Of a DNA stretch of 64,000 nt, positions 34,433 through 45,014 are shown piece after piece. The DNA lies in assembly GCA_003482905.1 (NCBI GenBank), contig DMXM01000029.1, positions 41,108 to 105,107 of the forward strand. Direction: 5' to 3'. The translations under genes and the position numbers were made by a program. The notes under the pieces were generated by a model, which had not been told where the DNA came from, made no database searches, and saw only the letters and a program-made list of their open reading frames with translations. The DNA comes from Elusimicrobiota bacterium (GTDB taxonomy: Bacteria; Elusimicrobiota; Elusimicrobia; Elusimicrobiales; UBA9959). Each line of letters opens with the position of its first letter. Position 1 is the stretch's first letter.

Positions 34433-35290
34433 ATGAACGGCGAACAAAAAGGCTCCGGGTGGAAGATCTGGCTCTACATGACGCCGCTCTATGTTCTGCT
34501 GGCCATTCCGCTGGCCAAATGGACCATGAAGCTGAACTCCGGCGATGTGGCTATTTCCAAGGAGGACTACGGCGCTTTCAATTCTTCCGAAGGCGAAGTG
34601 AAGAAAATCGGGAACAAAGAATACGACCCGGACCTAAGCGACGTAGGCTATACCGTACGCTACCGCTCGGGCAGGGACGGGGCCGGCGAGGCTGCCGCCG
34701 CAAAAAGCCGCCCGGCGGCCAACGCCGTAAAACCGCAAACCGGGGCGGCACAGCCGGCCGGACACAGGATTTCCCCCGGCCAGGCGGCGCTGGAGTCCAA
34801 AGATACCGGCAATAGGGCGCAGATGGCTTTTGGCAGCCAGAAAGGCTACCTTACTTACGCCGCAGGGAAGGCCATAAATAATCCCAAGGCGGTCGGCGCC
34901 CTGTTCGATAATTCCTGGGTGGTCAAGGGCTTCATGGGCAGGGACACGGTAAAAGCGGCGCTAGGCAGCCGGCAAGGCCTGCAAAAATCCCTCAGCGATC
35001 CGAAGCGCGTGAGCAATTTTCTGAACAACAGCGTCGTCCAGGCCGCCATGAACAACCCGGCTGTGGTCAACACTTTCGCCGCCAGCGGCATGGCCAGCGC
35101 TATAATGGCCTCTCCGGCAGTACAGGAACTCTTGCAGAACCCCGACGTGATCACATCCATGATGGAGACCAACCCGGAATTAATGCAGGCGCTGACCAAC
35201 CCGAACGTGCTTAACGCTCTGATGAACAACCCGGCTACGGCGGGCCTGGCCGCCAGCCTGGGCGGCGGGACCAAACCCCCCACGCGTTAA
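34433..35290 (+). CDS. Membrane-anchored hypothetical protein with STI1-like NP repeats
   Basis: N-terminal hydrophobic segment; C-terminal AAMNNP, LLQNP, METNP, ALTNP, LMNNP. Confidence 0.6.
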   Translation: MNGEQKGSGWKIWLYMTPLYVLLAIPLAKWTMKLNSGDVAISKEDYGAFNSSEGEVKKIGNKEYDPDLSDVGYTVRYRSGRDGAGEAAAAKSRPAANAVKPQTGAAQPAGHRISPGQAALESKDTGNRAQMAFGSQKGYLTYAAGKAINNPKAVGALFDNSWVVKGFMGRDTVKAALGSRQGLQKSLSDPKRVSNFLNNSVVQAAMNNPAVVNTFAASGMASAIMASPAVQELLQNPDVITSMMETNPELMQALTNPNVLNALMNNPATAGLAASLGGGTKPPTR

Positions 35291-35306
35291 CCCCCCTCTC
35301 CGCGTG

Positions 35307-35336
35307 TTGACACTTATCAATCAAAAGTCATAGTAT
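35307..35336 (+). promoter_or_regulatory. Sigma-70 promoter of S8 peptidase
   Basis: TTGACA-18 nt-TAGTAT; AGGAGG RBS before ATG 35390. Confidence 0.55.
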
Positions 35337-35389
35337 TCCCTTCAGGCCCTGAAGGCCTGCCCCTTGAACGGGGAAATGCAGGAGGTACC

Positions 35390-36595
<1,206 letters not shown>

Positions 36596-36611
36596 ACGAT
36601 AAATCAGGTTG

Positions 36612-36648
36612 AAAAAACCCCGCGGAATATTTCCGCGGGGTTTTTTTT
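36612..36648. terminator. Bidirectional intrinsic terminator
   Basis: A6-CCCCGCGGAA-tat-TTCCGCGGGG-T8 between convergent genes. Confidence 0.9.
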
Positions 36649-36663
36649 GCCATTTAACAGCCC

Positions 36664-37374
36664 CTACCAGCCGACCCCCTCGCCGGTGAGCTGCTCCAGG
36701 CGCTGGTCGACTATTTTAGCCTTATTGGCCTTGCGGGTCTCCAGGTTCTTCTTGAGCCTGGAGATCTCCCGCTCCATGTGTTTCACGCGCAGCTCCTGGC
36801 CCTTGGTCTTCAGGTCGAAAAGCTCGCCCAGTTTGACGCGCAGGCTTTCTTTTACAGTTTTCTTCTCGCCGTCCGTTGCGCGGCCGTATTTAAGGGACAG
36901 TTCCTTGCAGTCGAACTCCAGAGCCAGGGCCCGCACGGCGTCGGCCTCAAGGCTGTCGTCCTGCGCCATCCTGGCCATGGCGAACAGTTTGCCGGACATC
37001 TGCAGCAGCATCCTGTACTTGGCCGGGGCCAGCCCCTTTAGGTCTTCCATTTTTTTGGCGAAGGCGGCGTCGTGTTTTTTTATAACGGCCAGCGTCTCGG
37101 CCTCGGACAGGAAACCGGGGCCGCCGCGCATCCCCCGTTTATTATTCATCCCCTGGCCCATGCCGGGCTGCCCCATGCCGCCTTTCATCCCCATGCCGGG
37201 GCCGGCCTGGCCGCGCCCCATGCCCATACCGGCGCCGGGGCCGCCTTGAAAGCCCTCTTCCGACATTTCCGTTTCGTCACCGTCGGGGCCGGGCCCCTCC
37301 TGCGCCAGAACGGTAACGGCCGGCGCGGCGCTGAGCGCCAACACCCCCAACCACACTATAATTCTTTTGTTCAT
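36664..37374 (-). CDS. Exported Gly/Met-rich helical protein (ZraP/CpxP/Spy-like)
   Basis: Signal peptide, GMGMG-rich stretch, coiled coil; lies downstream of ECF sigma/anti-sigma. Confidence 0.6.
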   Translation of the reverse strand: MNKRIIVWLGVLALSAAPAVTVLAQEGPGPDGDETEMSEEGFQGGPGAGMGMGRGQAGPGMGMKGGMGQPGMGQGMNNKRGMRGGPGFLSEAETLAVIKKHDAAFAKKMEDLKGLAPAKYRMLLQMSGKLFAMARMAQDDSLEADAVRALALEFDCKELSLKYGRATDGEKKTVKESLRVKLGELFDLKTKGQELRVKHMEREISRLKKNLETRKANKAKIVDQRLEQLTGEGVGW

Positions 37375-37392
37375 ACGGCCTCCTTAATTCTC

Positions 37393-37869
37393 CTAAGCGT
37401 TTTCCGAGATACTGCGCCTTGCGTCCTCGAGCCCGCTGTAATCATAATCCCAATCCGCCGAAGACGCGCCCATTTCCGCCTGCTCCTGGTACACCGAATA
37501 CTCCACGGAATCCAGGCGCGCGTCCAGGCCGCTGTTCCAGGCCAGTTCCACGCCGGCCGGGCCGCCGGAGAACGCGAACACCCCCGCCAGCGCCGAGGCC
37601 AGAGCGCCCGACAGCAGCGCCTCGCGCCAGGTGAAAGCGAAAGCGTTAGGGCGGGACGCCGCCGCCCGGGCCGCCCGCATTACGGCCGCTATCACGGCCG
37701 GGCGGGGCTCGACGGCGGCGGAAAGGACGGCGGCGGCGCCTTTAAGGGCGCCCAGCTCTTCCCTGCAGACGGGACAAATCTCCAGATGGGCCTCCACGGC
37801 CGCCTTAAGAGCGCCGCCGGCTTCACCGTAGAGGTAAAGGATAAGTTTTTCTCCGTATCCGCAGTTCAT
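37393..37869 (-). CDS. Zinc-finger (zf-HC2) anti-sigma factor
   Basis: MNC...YLYGE...HLEICPVC (HxxxCxxC) plus one hydrophobic helix. Start moved to ATG 37869 (AGGAG RBS). Confidence 0.85.
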   Translation of the reverse strand: MNCGYGEKLILYLYGEAGGALKAAVEAHLEICPVCREELGALKGAAAVLSAAVEPRPAVIAAVMRAARAAASRPNAFAFTWREALLSGALASALAGVFAFSGGPAGVELAWNSGLDARLDSVEYSVYQEQAEMGASSADWDYDYSGLEDARRSISENA

Positions 37870-37954
37870 AACCGTCTCCTGGCCGCCTGATGAGCATAGC
37901 CCCTGTTGCGGCACCGACGCACGTCTTGTATATGCAACGCGCCGGCCCCTGTTT

Positions 37955-38521
37955 TTATTGCGCGCCTTTTGAAATGTCCTTGCGCAGCAGGGCGGCGGCC
38001 CGGCTCATGCGGGCCAGCACCGTGCCTATGGGTAGCCCGAGCATTTCGGCTATTTCCTTGAATGACAGCCCGGAATAATGACGCAGGTAGAACACCTCGC
38101 GCTGGTCCGGCGAAAGGCGCCCCAGCGCGGCGGCTATTATTTCACTCAGTTCCTTATTGACCGCGGCGGCCTCCGGGCCGGGTTCGGGCGAGGCGGTGCG
38201 GTCCGCGGGGCCGGGCAGGTCCCCCTCGCCGTGCAGCGGCACCTCCGCGCGGGAGCCCTGCCGCCTGAAATGGTCCATGGCGGCGTTGCGTGCCACCGTA
38301 AAAAGCCAGGGCCTGAACTTCCCCCGTTGACCGTATGCGGACGGGTCGCGCACCAGCTTGAGGAAGACGTCCTGAAAAATATCCTCGGCGGCGTCTCGCC
38401 GGCCGGTGAGACGCAGCAGGTAGCCGTATAGGGCGCTCTTGTGCCGCTGCAAAAGCTCTCCCAGCGCCTCGGCGTCGCCGGCCTGGAAAGCGGCAATAAG
38501 CTCGTCGTCGGTCATTTCCAC
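37955..38521 (-). CDS. ECF RNA polymerase sigma-70 factor
   Basis: AEDIFQDVF, WLFTVARN, LSFKEIAEMLGLPIGTVLARMSRA. Confidence 0.93.
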   Translation of the reverse strand: MEMTDDELIAAFQAGDAEALGELLQRHKSALYGYLLRLTGRRDAAEDIFQDVFLKLVRDPSAYGQRGKFRPWLFTVARNAAMDHFRRQGSRAEVPLHGEGDLPGPADRTASPEPGPEAAAVNKELSEIIAAALGRLSPDQREVFYLRHYSGLSFKEIAEMLGLPIGTVLARMSRAAALLRKDISKGAQ

Positions 38522-38582
38522 AGCGGCTCCGGGCGGGCCTCTTTTGTGCGGGTCACTGGTAATTTCATACGATATATATATC

Positions 38583-40652
38583 TTGCGCCGAATAGATGTT
38601 ATTCTTTTATTATGCCTCTTTCAATCCCGGCCCTGCCTGGCCGGGGGCGAGGCGTACGAGCTTTACCTTAAAGGCGACCTTTCCAAAGCCGCCTCCTCCT
38701 ATTTTGACGAAGCCGCCGCCCAGCCCGCCGAGGCCAGGCCGCTCTTGAACGCCGCCATGTGCCTTAAGCAGGCGGGCCGCTACGCCGAGGCCGCCCGCGC
38801 CATGACGCGGGCGCTGGTGCGCGCCCCCCACGACCCCGATATTTATTCCGAGCTGGGCTGGCTGCGCTTCCACCAGGCCGACTACACAGGGGCCAGTTCC
38901 GCCTTCGAAACGGCCATAAGGATACAGACCCTGCACGCGCGGGCCGAACTGGGCCTGGCCAGCGTCTACTCCAACCTGGAAGAAAAAGAAAAAACCCTGC
39001 TCCACCTGGAAAAATACCGGGCCCTGCGCCCCGACTTCGCCGGGGTGGATTATATCCTGGCCTGGAACTACATGAATTTCAAGATGCACAAGGAGGCCGA
39101 GGAAGCCCTGGTGGAGGCCCTGCGCAAAGACCCATCATTCACCGAAGCCCGCCTGCCGCTGGCTGGCATTTACGCGCGGCAGGGCAAGTTCAACGAGGCC
39201 TGGAACCAGTACTACCGCGTGCTGGACTACGCTCCCGGCCACCCGGTGGCGTCCAAGATGATGAAAGTGCTGGAGGGCAAGCTGACCAAACAGCCCGAGG
39301 AGATACGGCCGCCGTTCCGCATATCCAAGCCGCTGGTGATGGAGCCGCTGGACGCGCTGCAGAAGCTTTCCGGCTCGGTAAAGATACGCGTGGGCATAGG
39401 CACCGGGAGTACCGGCAAGCAGGGCCGCAATAACATCCTGAAAATAAAATCGTTCGAGGGCCTGACCGTCACCGGCAAGGCCAGCGGCAAGCTGTTCGCC
39501 AATATACCGGCCGACGCTGTCTGGACGGTCACGGGCGAAGAGGGGCGGGTGGTGCTGAAAGATCCGGCCGGGAATATATTCGGCCGCTTCGCCGGGCCCA
39601 TATTGGTGAAGCCGGGCAGACCCGCGGGCTCGGTTATTTTCAGCGCCTCGCCAAAGACCAGCAACCCGTGGTTCCGCGGGGCGGACAGGCAGTACCGCGG
39701 CTACATAGAGCTTTACCCCAACGGCGCGCGCGGCATAGGCGCGGTGAACGTGATAGAGAACGAACTGTACCTGCTGGGCGTGGTACCCAGCGAGGTGGCC
39801 CCGCAATGGCCCTACGAATCCCTTAAAGCCCAGGCCGTGCTGGCGCGCACGCAGGTGCTGATACGCCGGGCGCGCGGCGGCCAGCACAAGAAGGACGGCT
39901 ACCATCTTTGCGACGGCCAGCATTGCCAGGCCTACAAGGGCATGTCCAACGAGCATAACACCACCAGCCGCGCCGTGGTGGACACCGAGGGAGAGATCCT
40001 CACCTACCACGGCCGCCCGGCCTACACTTTTTACCATTCAAATTGCGGCGGCAGCGTACAGGCCTCCAAAGAAGTGAACGGCTGGGGCGACTCGCCTTAC
40101 CTGATGACAAAACACGATATTGCCCCGGACAAACCGCAAACCCCGCTGGACCCGTGGGAATTCCAGCTGTGGATAACCGGCAACCCCATGGCCAACTGCA
40201 ATTACCCGGGCCGCGTGCGCGCGTCCGAGTTCCGCTGGATGAAGATCATCCGCCGCAAGGACATGACCTTCCGGGTGAACAAGGATTATTCCATCGGCGA
40301 GCTGCTAGACATTATACCGCTGCGGCGCAGCCCGTCCGGCAACGTGAACTCGGTCATGCTGGTGGGGGAAAAAAGATCGGTGACCGTAGCCAAGGAACAT
40401 CTTATCCGCAACATCCTCGGCTTCAGCTCGCTCAAAAGCACCCTGTTCGAGGTGGAGATAAACCGGTTCAAGGACGGGAAGATACGCAATTACTGGCTCT
40501 ACGGCGGCGGCTGGGGCCACGCCATAGGCATGTGCCAGAGCGGCGCGGCGGGCCTGGCCGGCAAATACAACAAGACCTACAAAGAAATAATGGATTTCTA
40601 CTTCCCCGGCACCGCCATCCGCCGCATCAAATACGTAAAGAAAAATAAATAA
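38583..40652 (+). CDS. TPR + SpoIID/LytB domain protein (putative lytic transglycosylase)
   Basis: TPR helices, then YLLGVVPSE...ESLKAQAVLART...CQAY...GGGWGHAIGMCQSGA. Start placed at in-frame TTG 38583 (signal peptide follows); uncertain. Confidence 0.85.
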   Translation: MRRIDVILLLCLFQSRPCLAGGEAYELYLKGDLSKAASSYFDEAAAQPAEARPLLNAAMCLKQAGRYAEAARAMTRALVRAPHDPDIYSELGWLRFHQADYTGASSAFETAIRIQTLHARAELGLASVYSNLEEKEKTLLHLEKYRALRPDFAGVDYILAWNYMNFKMHKEAEEALVEALRKDPSFTEARLPLAGIYARQGKFNEAWNQYYRVLDYAPGHPVASKMMKVLEGKLTKQPEEIRPPFRISKPLVMEPLDALQKLSGSVKIRVGIGTGSTGKQGRNNILKIKSFEGLTVTGKASGKLFANIPADAVWTVTGEEGRVVLKDPAGNIFGRFAGPILVKPGRPAGSVIFSASPKTSNPWFRGADRQYRGYIELYPNGARGIGAVNVIENELYLLGVVPSEVAPQWPYESLKAQAVLARTQVLIRRARGGQHKKDGYHLCDGQHCQAYKGMSNEHNTTSRAVVDTEGEILTYHGRPAYTFYHSNCGGSVQASKEVNGWGDSPYLMTKHDIAPDKPQTPLDPWEFQLWITGNPMANCNYPGRVRASEFRWMKIIRRKDMTFRVNKDYSIGELLDIIPLRRSPSGNVNSVMLVGEKRSVTVAKEHLIRNILGFSSLKSTLFEVEINRFKDGKIRNYWLYGGGWGHAIGMCQSGAAGLAGKYNKTYKEIMDFYFPGTAIRRIKYVKKNK

Positions 40653-40665
40653 TCGCGGAAGGCGG

Positions 40666-40965
40666 CTACTCCGGGCCCAGGCCTTCCTGCATATAATCCA
40701 CCACTATCCCGATTATTTTTTTTACTACCGGGCTGCAGGATTTGAAGGACATCCTGTCCAGCGCGTCGCTTCCGAATTTTCTTATAACATCGCTGATAAG
40801 GGCATGGATAAAGGATTGCGTAGCGGCCTCAACCTTGTCAAAATCAAGAATGACTTCCTCTCCGCCGTTAAGCGCCGGGGCAATTTCTTTAACCCTGATA
40901 TCCCTGGCCGTGTCCTTATTTTCCGCGAATGACCCCACCCTGTTAAAGATCGAAATGGTTTTCAT
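40666..40965 (-). CDS. STAS-like domain protein (DUF4325-like)
   Basis: 99 aa; VILDFDKVEAATQSFIHALI. Confidence 0.75.
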   Translation of the reverse strand: MKTISIFNRVGSFAENKDTARDIRVKEIAPALNGGEEVILDFDKVEAATQSFIHALISDVIRKFGSDALDRMSFKSCSPVVKKIIGIVVDYMQEGLGPE

Positions 40966-41924
40966 ATAAATCTGGCTCCCTTGTAACGGGCTTTAACGCG
41001 CTCCCTGACAGCCTTCTTATACGTGCTGGCTATGGCGTCAAGTAAAGCGGAAAACTCCGCTGTCTGGTCCAGTGTAATATCGGCCCCAACCACGGTACCG
41101 CGCCAAACCGGAAGGTTTTCCTCCTGAGAATGCCTGTCCGCGAACGGGTCGGCATGCAGACGCGCGCTCGGCCCGGCAGTCTTTTTCAGCAGTTTATACA
41201 GCGCCCCTCCGCTGTAGATAACAAAAAAATCCCGGTTTATACTGGCGATGGATTTAATAAAGAACAAGCCGGCACCGGCGTTCTGTTCAGTGCCGCCTTC
41301 TCTGCTGGTGGTTCCGGTTATACCCGGCCGCAAGGCCAGCCCGATAGCCTCCAGGTCGGTGCGCGCCGGATAAGATCTTGTAATAGTCGCCTTTATCCCC
41401 ACGCCGGTATCGGCTATACCGATGCGGATCGCATTGCTTTTTTTATAGTACTGCGCGCACAGGAAAGCCCCGTGCTCCGCCTCCGCGTGCTCAATCACGT
41501 TCCTGGCCAGCTCGCTTATTATATAGCCGATCGTTCTGGCCTGCTCCGGCTCCAGGTGCAGCAACGGCACCATGTCGGCGATAAACCTGGACAACTCATC
41601 GGAATTGCGTATCTGGGTTATCGGGATAAAACGTCCGGCCGGTTCGTGCTCAACAAAAGCAACGTCAAAAGGTATTTTAAGGGTTTTAAAAAGCCCCATG
41701 CGGGCCAGATAGTGGCTTGATTTTGCTTCCAGCTTTTGACAGTGGATATTCTTCGGGTCAACTGTAACCCCTAAAGCAGCTATCATGGAAAGGACAGCGG
41801 GATGGACTGAAATCCATTTATCGTTGGCGGAAATTTCCAAAGAATCAGGCCCGGCAGGGTCAAAGCTTTTCAAAAAAGGGTCAATATTCCCCAAAAAGGC
41901 GCTATTTGGGATATGCAGTTTCAT
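40962..41924 (-). CDS. GHKL/HATPase (anti-sigma kinase-like) protein
   Basis: N-box ISELARNVIEHA, G1 IADTGVGI, G2 NAGAGL, GT. Start moved to ATG 41924, just downstream of a consensus promoter. Confidence 0.8.
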   Translation of the reverse strand: MKLHIPNSAFLGNIDPFLKSFDPAGPDSLEISANDKWISVHPAVLSMIAALGVTVDPKNIHCQKLEAKSSHYLARMGLFKTLKIPFDVAFVEHEPAGRFIPITQIRNSDELSRFIADMVPLLHLEPEQARTIGYIISELARNVIEHAEAEHGAFLCAQYYKKSNAIRIGIADTGVGIKATITRSYPARTDLEAIGLALRPGITGTTSREGGTEQNAGAGLFFIKSIASINRDFFVIYSGGALYKLLKKTAGPSARLHADPFADRHSQEENLPVWRGTVVGADITLDQTAEFSALLDAIASTYKKAVRERVKARYKGARFI

Positions 41925-41930
41925 GTTAGC

Positions 41931-41979
41931 ATTATACCGGGAATCCCGGTACTCTGTCAACTTCCCGGGATTCCCGGCA
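41931..41979 (-). promoter_or_regulatory. Consensus sigma-70 promoter with two palindromic operator-like sites
   Basis: TTGACA-18 nt-TATAAT-6 nt-ATG; TACCGGGA-A-TCCCGGTA (41935-41951) and a second copy at 41963-41979. Confidence 0.75.
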
Positions 41980-41995
41980 ATAAATAGAATGGTTT

Positions 41996-42037
41996 GGGGA
42001 CACATTACCTATTCCAAAGAATAGGTAATGTGTCCCC
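41996..42037. repeat. Perfect 19-bp inverted repeat, REP-like (may double as korB terminator)
   Basis: GGGGACACATTACCTATTC-caaa-GAATAGGTAATGTGTCCCC. Confidence 0.8.
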
Positions 42038-42043
42038 TAACTA

Positions 42044-43039
42044 TTATTTTATTTCCCAGGCGTCGGGGCCCGAGAGGAGGACTTCCAGCTCGTGGTCTTT
42101 GGTGTCGCCGATGGAGGCTACCTGGTTGTAGTAGAGCTCCTCGTAGGAGGGCTTGGCGGTGGCGCGCAGGACACCCAGGGGAAGCGGGAAGGCCGGCTGG
42201 GTGAAGCCGCTTACAAGGTAGGCCATCTCGGCGTTGGTTTCGTCGTAGACCGCCACTTCGGCCGGGACGGCGCCGGCGAAGGTGATGACTTCCGGGTGGA
42301 AATTCCTGAACACTATGCCTTTGTCCTTGTTCTTGCCGAACACAAGGGGTTTGCCGTGCTCCACGCGCAACAGTACGTCTTCGCGCGTGGCAGGGTCCTT
42401 GAGCGGGTCGAATTCTTTGTCTGAAAAGGGCACGCATTTCTGCAGTATCTCAACGAATGTGGTGCCGTTATGCCTGGCGGCCCTCTCCAGTATGGCTGAA
42501 GTGCCGGGGATGTCGTTGTCCATACCGCGCGCCACAAATGTGCAGTCCAACCCCACAGCGAAACGGGCGGGATTAAACGGGTAGTCTATGGAACCGGCCG
42601 GGGTGCTCTTGGTTTTGGTGCCGGGCTGCGTGGTGGGCGAGGCCTGGCCCTTGGTCAGGGCGTAAATGCGGTTATTCAACAATACTATCTTGAGCCCTAT
42701 ATTGCGGCGGATGGCGTGCATCATGTGGTTGCCGCCTATGGAGAGTCCGTCGCCGTCGCCGGTTATCACCCAAACGGAGAGGTCGGGGTTGGAAAGCTTC
42801 ACGCCGGAAGCCACCGCCGCGGCGCGGCCGTGTATGGAGTGGAAGCCATAGGTGTTGACGTAATACGGGAGGCGGCTGGAGCAGCCGATACCGGAGATAA
42901 CGGCAAAATTCTCATGCGGCAGGCCCATGCCGGCCAGCGTCTTCTGTATCATGTTGAGGATGGCGAAGTCGCCGCAGCCGGGGCACCATTTTACCGGCAG
43001 GTTGGATGAGAAATCCTTGGCGGTGAGTTTGATCTCCAT
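42044..43039 (-). CDS. korB: 2-oxoacid:ferredoxin oxidoreductase subunit beta
   Basis: WCPGCGD, SGIGCSSR, HGRA, GDGD...IGGNH, NNRIYALTKGQ. Confidence 0.92.
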   Translation of the reverse strand: MEIKLTAKDFSSNLPVKWCPGCGDFAILNMIQKTLAGMGLPHENFAVISGIGCSSRLPYYVNTYGFHSIHGRAAAVASGVKLSNPDLSVWVITGDGDGLSIGGNHMMHAIRRNIGLKIVLLNNRIYALTKGQASPTTQPGTKTKSTPAGSIDYPFNPARFAVGLDCTFVARGMDNDIPGTSAILERAARHNGTTFVEILQKCVPFSDKEFDPLKDPATREDVLLRVEHGKPLVFGKNKDKGIVFRNFHPEVITFAGAVPAEVAVYDETNAEMAYLVSGFTQPAFPLPLGVLRATAKPSYEELYYNQVASIGDTKDHELEVLLSGPDAWEIK

Positions 43040-43040
43040 A

Positions 43041-44897
43041 TTAGTTCGCCCCCAGGATAGCTTTTATCTTGGCGAGGACCTCGTCGGCATTGAGGGGCTG
43101 GCCCTGTACTTTGTTAAGGCCCAGCGGCGCCAGCAAATATTCACTGCGCAGGAGCTGCCGCAATTGGCCGGTATTCTCCTCGGGCACCAGCACCTTGCGG
43201 AAGCGGCGCATGACGGCTTCAAGGTCCGACGGCAGCGGGAAGATGTGGCGTATATGGGCGGACGAAACCTTAAGGCCCGCGCGGCGGGCTTCGGTAACGG
43301 CGGAGGTGATGGCGCCGTAGGTGGAGCCCCAGCCCAGCACCAGCAATTCGCCTTCGGCCTCGCCGTAGATCTTTGTGGGCGGTATTTCTTTGGCCACCCC
43401 GGCCACTTTTTGGGCGCGCAATTCCGTCATGCGCTCGTGGTTCTGGGCGTCGTAGCTGATGGCGCCGGTGCCGTCCAGCTTCTCCAGGCCGCCTATGCGG
43501 TGCTCGTAGCCTTTGAGGCCGGGCCAGGCCCAGGGGCGGGCCAGGGTTTGCGCGTCGCGCATGAAAGGCTGGAATTTCTCCGGCGAAGGCAGCGGGCTCG
43601 CCTGGAATTTGGGCAGTTCCGAAAGTTTTGGTATGCGGAAAGGCTCGGAACCGTTGGAAAGGTATGAATTTGAAAGCACTATCACCGGCGTCATGTACTT
43701 TACGGCTATGCGCGCGGCCTCCAGCGTGGTGTTAAAACAGTCGGCGGGGCTGGCGGCGGCCATAACCACCAGCGGGCATTCGCCGTGGCGGCCGTAAACG
43801 GCCTGCAGCAGGTCCGACTGTTCCGTTTTGGTTGGCAGGCCGGTGGAGGGCCCGCCGCGCTGCACGTCTATTATAACCATGGGCAGTTCCGCTATCACAC
43901 CCAGGCCGATGGCCTCTATTTTAAGGGAAAGCCCGGGGCCGCTGGTGCCGGTGGCGGCCAGGTTGCCGCCGAAGGCCGCGCCCACGGTGGAACACATGGC
44001 CGCTATCTCGTCCTCCGCCTGGAAAACAACCACGTCCTTGGCCCGGTGTTTGGACAGGGTATGCAGTATTTCAGAAGCCGGGGTTATGGGATAGGAACCG
44101 TAAAAAAGCTTCTTCTTGAGCAGTTTGGCCGCGGTTATAAGCGCATAGGCGGCGGCCTCGTTGCCGGTGAGGTTGCGGTACTTGCCGGGGGTCACGGCGC
44201 TTTTCTTCAGCTGGAACCGCGCGTCGAATATCTCGGTGGTTTCGGCGTAATCGTAGCCCGCTTCCAGCACCTTGGCGTTGGCGGCGGCCAGCGCGGGGAC
44301 CTTGGAGAACTTGCTCTTTATCCGCTCCTTGGTGGGCCCCAGCGGCAGGCCGTACATCCAGAACAGTATGCCCAGCAGGTAGAAATTCTTGCATTTAATT
44401 ATCTGCGCCTGGGTCAGGCCGGAATCCTTAAGGGCGTTCTCGGTAAGGGTATTGGCCGGCACGCCTATCACCCGGTAATTGCCCAGCGAGCCGTCCTCGA
44501 GCGGGTTAGAGGTATAGCCGGCCTTTGCCAGCGCCGCCTGGCTGAAAGCGTCGGAGTTGGCCAGTATAACGGTGCCCTTGTCCAGGTCCTTCAGGTTGAC
44601 GGCTAGCGCCGCCGGGTTCATCACCATCAGAACGTTGGGTTTGTTGCCGGGGGTAAGCACGGAATCGTCGCCGAAGCTTATCTGGAAGCCGCTCACCCCG
44701 GCTAGCGTGCCGGCTGGGGCGCGGATCTCGGCCGGGTAGTCGGGCAGGGTGCTCAGGTCGTTGCCGGCCACGGCCGTGGCGTTGGCGAACTGGGAGCCCA
44801 CCAGCTGGATGCCGTCGCCCGAGTCGCCGGCGAAGCGCACGGTGACGGAACTCAGTTCGCTCACGTTCACGTTCTTATCGTTCCTGGGTTCGCTCAT
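43041..44897 (-). CDS. korA: 2-oxoacid:acceptor oxidoreductase subunit alpha (gamma-alpha fusion)
   Basis: FAGDSGDG, YPAEIRAP, YPITPAS, QAEDEIAA, TSGPG, QRGGPSTGLPT. Confidence 0.92.
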   Translation of the reverse strand: MSEPRNDKNVNVSELSSVTVRFAGDSGDGIQLVGSQFANATAVAGNDLSTLPDYPAEIRAPAGTLAGVSGFQISFGDDSVLTPGNKPNVLMVMNPAALAVNLKDLDKGTVILANSDAFSQAALAKAGYTSNPLEDGSLGNYRVIGVPANTLTENALKDSGLTQAQIIKCKNFYLLGILFWMYGLPLGPTKERIKSKFSKVPALAAANAKVLEAGYDYAETTEIFDARFQLKKSAVTPGKYRNLTGNEAAAYALITAAKLLKKKLFYGSYPITPASEILHTLSKHRAKDVVVFQAEDEIAAMCSTVGAAFGGNLAATGTSGPGLSLKIEAIGLGVIAELPMVIIDVQRGGPSTGLPTKTEQSDLLQAVYGRHGECPLVVMAAASPADCFNTTLEAARIAVKYMTPVIVLSNSYLSNGSEPFRIPKLSELPKFQASPLPSPEKFQPFMRDAQTLARPWAWPGLKGYEHRIGGLEKLDGTGAISYDAQNHERMTELRAQKVAGVAKEIPPTKIYGEAEGELLVLGWGSTYGAITSAVTEARRAGLKVSSAHIRHIFPLPSDLEAVMRRFRKVLVPEENTGQLRQLLRSEYLLAPLGLNKVQGQPLNADEVLAKIKAILGAN

Positions 44898-45014
44898 TGT
44901 CGTAACCTCTTAAAACCGTTCTATCCGCGGGCCGGTGAAGCCGAGAACTTATAGTACAATTTATATTATAATTCTTCAAACCGCTACCCCTCCGCGGTCA
45001 TAAAGAGGTTTTAG

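Noticed and set aside
41925-42005. N-terminal extension of the HATPase ORF (likewise 2792-2881 and 38439-38582)
   Set aside because: The extensions run through promoters, repeats or an opposite-strand gene; better downstream starts exist.
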